The translations under genes were made by a program, and so were the position numbers. From an uncultured Verrucomicrobiae bacterium (GTDB lineage Bacteria > Verrucomicrobiota > Verrucomicrobiia > Chthoniobacterales > JAFAMB01), in the NCBI GenBank assembly GCA_963837955.1, contig CAWIPH010000002.1, positions 3,936,001 to 4,000,000 on the forward strand: a stretch of 64,000 nt of DNA. Direction: 5' to 3'. The notes beneath the pieces are model-generated. The model ran no database searches, was not told where the DNA came from, and saw only the letters and a program-made list of their open reading frames with translations. Positions 57,493 to 64,000 of this stretch are shown here, one piece after another (positions within the stretch are counted from its first letter, which is position 1; the number at the start of each line of letters is the position of its first letter).

Positions 57493-59208
57493 TCATTCGC
57501 CAAATGGGCGTTTAATCTTCGATGCTCGTTCCTTCCTAACTGGCTCAACGAATTCGGTAGGATCTTCGGTGATGACGCTGTCTTCTGCGTCTCTGTGCTT
57601 GTGCGAAAGGAGTTCCTTATTAACGCCAAGATACGTCCGCACTTCCGGAGGATTTGGACCCAGGTGCAGGGACTCTGCCTGCGCAATGACGTCGCCATCG
57701 GCTTTCGTCATTCGTTCTTGCTGCAACATATATTGAGTCCAAGATGGAACCATCATTTCGATACGAAACGTGTTGAGCCGGCTCGGATCCTCGAACAATT
57801 GCCAACTGTATGCGCCGTTGCGCAAGTGGATCAGCCGGACTTCACGCATTAAATCAACAAATTTGGAACCCCGTGAGCGATCAACTTGAAACTCTAACGT
57901 CACCAAGACCGGCCCGTCTTTTGGTTCGGGCCTATATAGCAGGTTGTGGACAATGTTCATCACCGCCACTGGCACAGAATCGGGGTCAGCAGTCATAGTA
58001 AAATCAATGGACCAAGGATGGCGGAGCAGGTGAGTCAGGGTGAGCACCGCAAGTACCAGGATAGCCGCTACTATCAGCGCTGTATTTACTCCGGCCGTCG
58101 CTGCGATCGTACCCCAAAGGATCCCACCGAGCGCCATCGCGCCCTGGGAAACCATGATTACGGTCGCATTCATGCGTCCCCTTGCCCATCCGGGCATCGC
58201 GCGCTGAGCAGCCACCCAGAGTTCAGCAGCGGACACGGTCCATACGACCCCGGCAAGCGCGGCGACCAAGAGAAACGCCGGCGCTTCACGGATCAATGCC
58301 ATCAGAACATAAACGATAGATAACAACAATGCTGCCAATCGAGTTAAGGTATTTGGCGAAAAATGCGCACGCGCCCATGGAAGAATGAAGACGGCGGCAA
58401 GCACTGAGCCGATGCCCATGCTGGCAAATAGCAGACCGAGATTGGACGGGCTCAGATGCAGTTCTTTCAGACCGACCACCGGGAGCAACGCAGGAATGAT
58501 TGCAATAAAGAAGGAAAAAATTGCGTTGCGGATCAAAATGATCCGTATGCCGTGAGAATAGCGGACATAGCGAATCGCGCTGATAACTGATTCGAAGAAG
58601 CTCTCCAGCGGAAGTTTCGAGACCTTAGGTTTCCACGGTGCAATGCTTATAAGCACCGCAAGCAAACAGAGGGCGTTGAGCGCGAAAACGGTGTTGGCTC
58701 CGACGAAAACCAAAAGCAGTCCTCCCAGAGCTGGACCGATAATCCCCGAGATGTTCAGCTGTAGTCCGCTCAAGATTGACGCCGAAGGAAGTTCTTCATT
58801 GGACACAATCCCAGGCACCACGGCAGAAAAGACTGGCGCGTTGAACGCGAACCCCGTCCCGATTAGAAATATTGAGCCGAGAATGACGTACGGAGTCAGG
58901 AGATTCAACCAGCCCAGGATCGCAAGTCCGCCAGCACATACCGCCAGGCAAATGTACGCCACGTACAACATCTTCTTGCGATCCGTCATGTCCGCAAGAG
59001 CTCCTGCCGGCAGAATAAATAGGAAAAACGGAAGCGTGGCCGCTGTCGACATCAGGGAGAGGAGCATCGTCGAATGACTGAGACTGTTCATTACCCAGAT
59101 GGCAGCCGTATCATGCGCGGATACGCAAATCCCGGAAACGACGGTAGCAACCCAGAGTTTGCCGAAGGTCGGGTTTCGTAAGGCGATCCAGCTTGAAGTT
59201 CTAGTCAT
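57493..59208 (-). CDS. MFS transporter (DUF894/MFS_3-like with C-terminal extension)
   Basis: About 12 TM helices, AGALADMTDRKK and a C-terminal GPVLVTLEF..RLRNGA-type domain. Confidence 0.88.
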   Translation of the reverse strand: MTRTSSWIALRNPTFGKLWVATVVSGICVSAHDTAAIWVMNSLSHSTMLLSLMSTAATLPFFLFILPAGALADMTDRKKMLYVAYICLAVCAGGLAILGWLNLLTPYVILGSIFLIGTGFAFNAPVFSAVVPGIVSNEELPSASILSGLQLNISGIIGPALGGLLLVFVGANTVFALNALCLLAVLISIAPWKPKVSKLPLESFFESVISAIRYVRYSHGIRIILIRNAIFSFFIAIIPALLPVVGLKELHLSPSNLGLLFASMGIGSVLAAVFILPWARAHFSPNTLTRLAALLLSIVYVLMALIREAPAFLLVAALAGVVWTVSAAELWVAAQRAMPGWARGRMNATVIMVSQGAMALGGILWGTIAATAGVNTALIVAAILVLAVLTLTHLLRHPWSIDFTMTADPDSVPVAVMNIVHNLLYRPEPKDGPVLVTLEFQVDRSRGSKFVDLMREVRLIHLRNGAYSWQLFEDPSRLNTFRIEMMVPSWTQYMLQQERMTKADGDVIAQAESLHLGPNPPEVRTYLGVNKELLSHKHRDAEDSVITEDPTEFVEPVRKERASKIKRPFGE

Positions 59209-59429
59209 TAGGATCGAGGCAAAGTGCTGCTCCAAAATACAACAACACCATTATGCCGCTATCGCGTTAGGCAGGTTTATAAATTCGAGGAAGAGGGTAG
59301 CTGCTAACCGCAAATTTTGTTGCTCGCTTATCGGCCGCTCCCTTCTTGTTTGCAGAGGTTTTTGGGCCCTCACTTACGACAGCGTACGCTTGCCCTGCGC
59401 TCGATACGTTAAGAGCACGACGCCCACGC

Positions 59430-60443
59430 TCACTCTCGGCCGTTGTGCGGCGGCCCTAGGTAGGGGAACTCGGCGAGGAGATCGCCATGGGGCCCTACCT
59501 TATCCCGCGTCACCTTGCCATTTGTGAGAATGGAAAGGAAGGCATCGGCGGCGTCGTCGGTGAGTGTTCGGCCATTCTCCGGGAAAGACGCAGGGCGCGT
59601 GGGATCATAAGGGAGGACCTCCGGCAGCATTATCTCGGCCACCCGCCTTGCCTCCTGGGGCGTATAGCCACCCGTATGCTCCAGCGCGTGCGCGAAGGCG
59701 GCAACGAAACGCACATCGTTCGCCGGCTCCCCTCCGAGGTAGGCATCTCTCTCCGCGCCGGAGAGACCGAGCACAAGGAAAAGTTGCAGGGGCCGCGCGC
59801 CGCGCTCCGCCTGGATCCAGCCCCCGTCCGTGCCGTCCGCCCGAACCAGCGTGCGGTGCCACAGGCCAACTGCTTTGCCCCCCAAGGCAAAGTTGGGCAC
59901 TTCGAGCACGATGCTGCACACATCCTTGTCGGCGAAGAAATCGTCACCGGTGAACTGCAAGTTGTTCACTGCACCCCTTCTGTCGAAGAAAAAGGGATCG
60001 CTGCGACGCCCCGCGAAGAATCGGTAGTCGCCAGCATCCGTCACCCGTGCCTCTAGGCCCGTCGAGACCGGTGCCCCCTCGACGATAGCTTGGCCACTGT
60101 CGTTCGCTCCGGCGGCCTGCGCGCCCTCAACGCGACGCAGCGTCGCGGTCTGCACCCCGCCCGCGGAGGACGAGAAACGCATCCGGTACGCGATGTCGGC
60201 CACGGCATCGCCGTTCGCGTCAATCTTGATCTCGTAAAGCGCCTCGGGCGCGAAAGCCTCGGCGGTAGTGGGTCCCAGCGGGTTCTCGCGGTCCAGGTAA
60301 TCATGAGCGGACGGATGCACGTTCATGACCAGGATGGACTTGCTAGCGTCTCCCGGCTTGGGGAAGGCATACAGATCGGTAAGGTCCAGGCGAGGGTCCC
60401 CACGGGGGAACCCCCAGTCGGGACCGGAGTAATGGTGTGACAT
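59430..60443 (-). CDS. DUF4331 family protein
   Basis: MSHH..DLTDLYAF, FAGRRSDPFFFD, NGRTLTDD and FPYLGPPH motifs. Confidence 0.85.
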   Translation of the reverse strand: MSHHYSGPDWGFPRGDPRLDLTDLYAFPKPGDASKSILVMNVHPSAHDYLDRENPLGPTTAEAFAPEALYEIKIDANGDAVADIAYRMRFSSSAGGVQTATLRRVEGAQAAGANDSGQAIVEGAPVSTGLEARVTDAGDYRFFAGRRSDPFFFDRRGAVNNLQFTGDDFFADKDVCSIVLEVPNFALGGKAVGLWHRTLVRADGTDGGWIQAERGARPLQLFLVLGLSGAERDAYLGGEPANDVRFVAAFAHALEHTGGYTPQEARRVAEIMLPEVLPYDPTRPASFPENGRTLTDDAADAFLSILTNGKVTRDKVGPHGDLLAEFPYLGPPHNGRE

Positions 60444-60496
60444 CTGCTCTAGATAATGGGTAATCGAATTGCTGCGGGCAGTCTTCCCCACAAACA

Positions 60497-61000
60497 CTAT
60501 CCCGCCACATCCCAGGGTGTGAGAAGATATTCGGTAACTGTCACAGATCCGGTTTCGACCAAGTTAGTCACAACGCTGATGTTGCCCCGTGTGGCTTTGG
60601 TATACGGACACGTCTGGTGCGCGCCCTCCACCAGGGCCTGGGCGACTTCGCGCTCCAAACCCGGCAGGCTGACGTTGAGGCGAGCTTGGAGGAAGTAAGC
60701 GCCGCCAGTTGTGCCCAAGTCCATTTCGGCGTCAACGGCTAGATCAGCCGGTAGCATGACTTTCATTCTGGCGGCCACGATCTTGATCGACGATACGAAG
60801 CAGGCCGACCAACCGGCGGCCAAAAGCTGCTCGGGGTTGGTGCCGGTACCGGAAGCGTCAGGAGTCGAAAGCTTAACGTCCAGGCGGCCATCAGAGCTGC
60901 GAGACGTTCCGCCGTCGCGGCCACCCGTGGTGTGGGCTTTGGCGGTGTAGAGCACTTTTTCGATTTGGGTTATGCTGTGTTTTTTTTCGAGTAGGGTCAT
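60497..61000 (-). CDS. ohr: Organic hydroperoxide resistance protein (Ohr/OsmC family)
   Basis: GGRDG, TNPEQLLAAGWSACF and AHQTCPY motifs. Confidence 0.9.
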   Translation of the reverse strand: MTLLEKKHSITQIEKVLYTAKAHTTGGRDGGTSRSSDGRLDVKLSTPDASGTGTNPEQLLAAGWSACFVSSIKIVAARMKVMLPADLAVDAEMDLGTTGGAYFLQARLNVSLPGLEREVAQALVEGAHQTCPYTKATRGNISVVTNLVETGSVTVTEYLLTPWDVAG

Positions 61001-61144
61001 GGTGTGTTCTGGTTGATCAGAAATTCATTGTTTCCGACTAGTTGCGGATGCGATGAACAATGGCCAAGCCGTGTTGGAAACGTGATTGATTGTTAGGAAC
61101 CGCATAAACTTTCGTTTTATTCTGCTGTTTTGGTTTGATCCTGC

Positions 61145-61618
61145 TCAACGAATCGAAACGGTAGTCCCAACCTCGACGTTGCCTCGAATAGCATTGGAAT
61201 AGGGGCAGATTTTGTGTGCAGACTCAACCAGCGCTTCGGCAATCTTCTGGTCGACTCCGGTGACCGTGACCGCGAGCGCGGCGGACAGCACGAAGCTGCC
61301 CGAGTCGTTGCGACTGAGACCAACTTCAGCAGTGACTTCGACGTCTTCGTCCGCAAATCTCAGCCCGGCATCACGGCTTACGCGGAGGAGCGCGTTTTCG
61401 AAGCAGGCGGCATAGCCGCCGGCGAAAAGTGTCTCCGGGTTGGTTGCATCTCCTTTTCCACCGAGTTGACGGGGCAGGGCTAGCTTCATATCAAGCAACC
61501 CGTCCTCGCTGCGGATCTGGCCGTGGCGGCCGCCAATTGCGGTAACTTTGGTCGAATACAGAGTGTTCGTGATTCGATCCGAATAGGTCGTTAGATTGGT
61601 TTGTTCTTGTGTCTTCAT
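61145..61618 (-). CDS. ohr: Organic hydroperoxide resistance protein (Ohr/OsmC family), second paralog
   Basis: GGRHG, TNPETLFAGGYAACF and AHKICPYSNA motifs. Confidence 0.9.
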   Translation of the reverse strand: MKTQEQTNLTTYSDRITNTLYSTKVTAIGGRHGQIRSEDGLLDMKLALPRQLGGKGDATNPETLFAGGYAACFENALLRVSRDAGLRFADEDVEVTAEVGLSRNDSGSFVLSAALAVTVTGVDQKIAEALVESAHKICPYSNAIRGNVEVGTTVSIR

Positions 61619-61837
61619 ATCACCGTTTTTCAATCAGGGCTTGAGCTGGTTCTATAGGCCGCCGCTCTCATCGCGTAGCGTCGCCCAGGATCAATGGATG
61701 GGATTCGTCGATGTTCATTCTTTCCGGTTCTCTCCGTCATGCACTTCTTTGCCAGCGTGCTTTGCTTCCAGGTTGTCGCGGTTGATTTGCAAGTGATCGG
61801 GTTTGTTCACGGAGAGACCGGAAAATTGCAGGTCATC

Positions 61838-61918
61838 GTGTAACTTTCTAATTTATTGTTAACGTGTTACACTAACCGTTGACGTTGGTAACTTGTCAAT
61901 TGATATTTAACAGGTGAC
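61838..61918. promoter_or_regulatory. Pair of GTAA-N23-TTAC operator-like palindromes upstream of the ohr operon
   Basis: GTGTAAC-N21-GTTACAC at 61838-61872 and GTAA-N23-TGAC at 61888-61918. Confidence 0.6.
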
Positions 61919-62090
61919 ATTGCCTTACCAGCCTCCCGCCTCTGAAAACGCCCGAACCAATCGGCCGGATGTGATCGACTGGCTCGCCCAGATGAAGCTG
62001 TCAAAGGACTCACGTTTGGATCTGCCCGAGACACGTAGGTCGGAGGCGCTCAAGACTGTTGTGGAGCTTCGCCAAGCCTGGAGAGACATA
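61914..62090 (+). pseudogene. Internally deleted remnant of a second CGNR regulator
   Basis: TNRPDVIDWLAQMKLSKDSRLDLPETRRSEALKTVVELRQAW aligns with 56802-57050; the DFANT segment and zinc finger are missing. Confidence 0.75.
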
Positions 62091-62177
62091 CCGGCACTAT
62101 TCGGGCACTCACTTTTTAATACCGACCGTTATCCAGTCGAAAGGCGTCCACGTAATGTGCTACAGCTGTGCTATTTA

Positions 62178-62259
62178 TGCCGGGGAGGGGACTCGAACCC
62201 CTAAGGATTGCTCCACCAGATCCTAAGTCTGGCGCGTCTGCCAATTTCGCCACCCCGGC
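62178..62259 (-). tRNA. tRNA-Leu(TAG)
   Basis: Reverse complement GCCGGGGTGGCGAAATTGGCAGACGCG CCAGA CT-TAG-GA TCTGG ... GGTTCGAGTCCCCTCCCCGGCA. Confidence 0.95.
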
Positions 62260-62374
62260 TGAAAGCAATGCCAACAATGCCACCAGCGCGATGAATGCCA
62301 ACCATTTTTCGCCGGCTTAAGAGCGCCGAGTTGCTCGATTGAGATGTAGCGGCATCTCTGCATGCTTTGGATGT

Positions 62375-62869
62375 ATGGCTCAATTCCGCGCTGCAACCCA
62401 GTGGGATTTCCCAGCGATCTTGGTTCTCAACCGCAAATCGGAGCATTTCCTCAGCCCGCTTGATCCGGTTAGGTTGGCTCGAATCTCCAAGGAAGCAGAC
62501 TTCTTCAAGGTCGCGGTTTCGGCGGAGAGCTTAGCCGGTTTCCTTTTGGCCTTCCGGCCAGAAGCGAATTACGACAGCCCCAATTTCCTCTGGTTCAAGA
62601 GCCGGTATGAAAGCTTTGTTTACATCGACCGCATTGTCATCTCTGAGGATTTCAGAGGGCAACATTTGGCAACCCAACTTTACGCCCAACTGGAGGCTCA
62701 GGCGGTCGCAGAGGGCATTCCTCGATTGGCGTGCGAGATCCACGTGGATCCTCCGAATCCTGGCTCCGCCCGATTCCACGAAAAACAAGGATTCGTCGAG
62801 GTCGGCCAACAGTCGATCGATAACCAAAGAAAGATCGTATCCTTACAGATCAAGCCCCTGAGCCACTAA
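62375..62869 (+). CDS. GNAT-family N-acetyltransferase
   Basis: YDSPNFLWF, YIDRIVISEDFRGQHLATQLY and NPGSARFHEKQGF motifs. Confidence 0.88.
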   Translation: MAQFRAATQWDFPAILVLNRKSEHFLSPLDPVRLARISKEADFFKVAVSAESLAGFLLAFRPEANYDSPNFLWFKSRYESFVYIDRIVISEDFRGQHLATQLYAQLEAQAVAEGIPRLACEIHVDPPNPGSARFHEKQGFVEVGQQSIDNQRKIVSLQIKPLSH

Positions 62870-62949
62870 AACATCATGCGGTTCTGGACGATAGAAGTGT
62901 TTTTGCTCCTGATCCTCTCGTATGCTGCTTCACCAGCGTAAGAAACCGT

Positions 62950-63128
62950 CGATCGTCCCGTTCCTCCTCCGTCATCCTGACTATGGCGGACAGGCCGGGA
63001 CGGTCGTTTTTTTGAACACTACCCCAGCACTTCGTACTGGGCTACTTTCATTGAGTCCCTTCCTCCTTCGCCCGGTAGCTCGAAGAGCGAAGGCCGTCTC
63101 CGAGGCTACGGCGGACAAGCCGGGACGA
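62950..63128. repeat. Family C REP arm with nested insertions
   Basis: CCCCAGCACTTCGTACTGGGCTACTTTCATTGAGTCCCT matches 27491-27528, with extra sequence inserted in two hairpin loops. Confidence 0.75.
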
Positions 63129-63330
63129 CTCCTCTCGGCGCATATCCTTCCTCTCATGTCGACGGGCATGCGCGGCCGCAGGACGTAGTCGGGGAACGAG
63201 AAACCCGGGGCAACTTCCGGCCTCTGCTTCGTCATTCCTAAATTCTAAATTCTGAATTCTAAATTCTGGATTGCCGATTCCCGATTCCCGTTTGCTGCTT
63301 GTCCGTTCCCCTATTAACGTTCCCAGACTA

Positions 63331-64000
63331 ATGTCTGATTCGTTCGTTCACCTCCATCTTCACACCGAATATTCGCTGCTCGACGGTGCCATTCGCATCC
63401 CCGAATTGATGCAAAAGGCTGTCGAATTCGGCATGCCGGCCGTCGCTATCACCGACCACGGCAGCATGTACGGCGCGGTGGAGTTTTATGAGGCGGCGCA
63501 AAAGGCTGGGATCAAACCAATTATCGGATGCGAGGTTTACATGGCGCCCGGCGCGATGACCGATCGAAGCGCGACTTCCGCCCGAGATGCCTCGTTTCAT
63601 TTCACTCTTCTGGCGAAGGATCTCACCGGCTACAGTAACCTGGTAAAGCTAGTTTCGGCCGCTCATCTAGACGGGTTTCATTACAAACCGCGTATCGACA
63701 AAGAACTGCTGGCCAAGCACAGCGCCGGTTTGATTGGGATGAGCGCCTGTCTGAAGGGCGAAATTAATGTCGCGATCCAAAATGGCGACCTGAAGAAAGC
63801 CGAACGGACGGCTTCCGAGTTCGCCGAGATTTTCGGGAAGGATCATTTTTTCCTGGAAATGCACGATCACGGCCTTGAGGCCCAACAACTCGTTAATGGG
63901 CACCTCAAAAGTCTCGCGAAAAAATTGAACCTCCCGCTCGTGGCGGCGAATGACGTTCATTTCCTCGAGCGCTCTCACCACGAGGCGCACGATGTGATGA
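63331..64000 (+). CDS. dnaE: DNA polymerase III alpha subunit, 5' part (runs off window)
   Basis: Read manually as MSDSFVHLHLHTEYSLLDGAIRI...AITDHG...GIKPIIGCEVY (PHP domain); absent from the ORF track because there is no stop in the window. Confidence 0.96.
   Translation, partial: MSDSFVHLHLHTEYSLLDGAIRIPELMQKAVEFGMPAVAITDHGSMYGAVEFYEAAQKAGIKPIIGCEVYMAPGAMTDRSATSARDASFHFTLLAKDLTGYSNLVKLVSAAHLDGFHYKPRIDKELLAKHSAGLIGMSACLKGEINVAIQNGDLKKAERTASEFAEIFGKDHFFLEMHDHGLEAQQLVNGHLKSLAKKLNLPLVAANDVHFLERSHHEAHDVM

Larger units (their letters stand above)
53594..62225. mobile_element. Genomic island integrated at tRNA-Leu(TAG); no integrase visible
   Basis: Bounded by 46-bp direct repeats; carries accessory redox/stress genes. 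Confidence 0.8.

Noticed and set aside
63328..63990. Minus-strand ORFs 63328..63600 and 63667..63990
   Set aside because: Antisense shadows of dnaE.

Overview
64-kb bacterial chromosomal window. Gene content and the dense GC-rich palindromic intergenic repeats suggest a PVC/Verrucomicrobia-like soil bacterium; this is inference, not a search result. (1) 1-16.5 kb is the tRNA-proximal part of an integrated element lying 3' of a tRNA-Ser(GCT). It has a primase-helicase tail, an octamer-iteron origin candidate, a lambda-like cosQ/cosN site just upstream of a Nu1-like small terminase gene, and a scaffold-like ORF, but no large terminase, portal or capsid gene. It looks like a PICI-like phage satellite or a deleted prophage. 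Its cargo is a type I R-M operon (hsdR-hsdS-[DUF5131-tcmP]-hsdM, with many indels), a SocA/Panacea-like wHTH gene coupled to a proteasome-beta-like Ntn threonine hydrolase, and a DUF3800 gene with a compact multi-stem RNA-like structure at its 3' end. (2) 16.6-53.5 kb is core chromosome: ECF sigma cluster, ptrB, glgX, ABC-F, phosphoesterase, msrAB, RyR-domain protein, glycosyltransferases, FHA-ABC transporter, FHA-cyclase, a SAM-I riboswitch-thrC-like-sulfur carrier operon, PBP1A, MidA-like methyltransferase and amidase, interspersed with several REP/REPIN-like families. (3) 53.6-62.2 kb is an integrase-less island bounded by a 46-bp direct repeat of the tRNA-Leu(TAG) 3' half. It carries redox/stress genes, a RidA-family gene with an in-frame 36-bp micro-inversion, and a CGNR regulator with repeated GTAA-N23-TTAC operator-like sites. 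The window ends in the 5' part of dnaE. All family assignments come from motif recognition by eye; no database searches were run.
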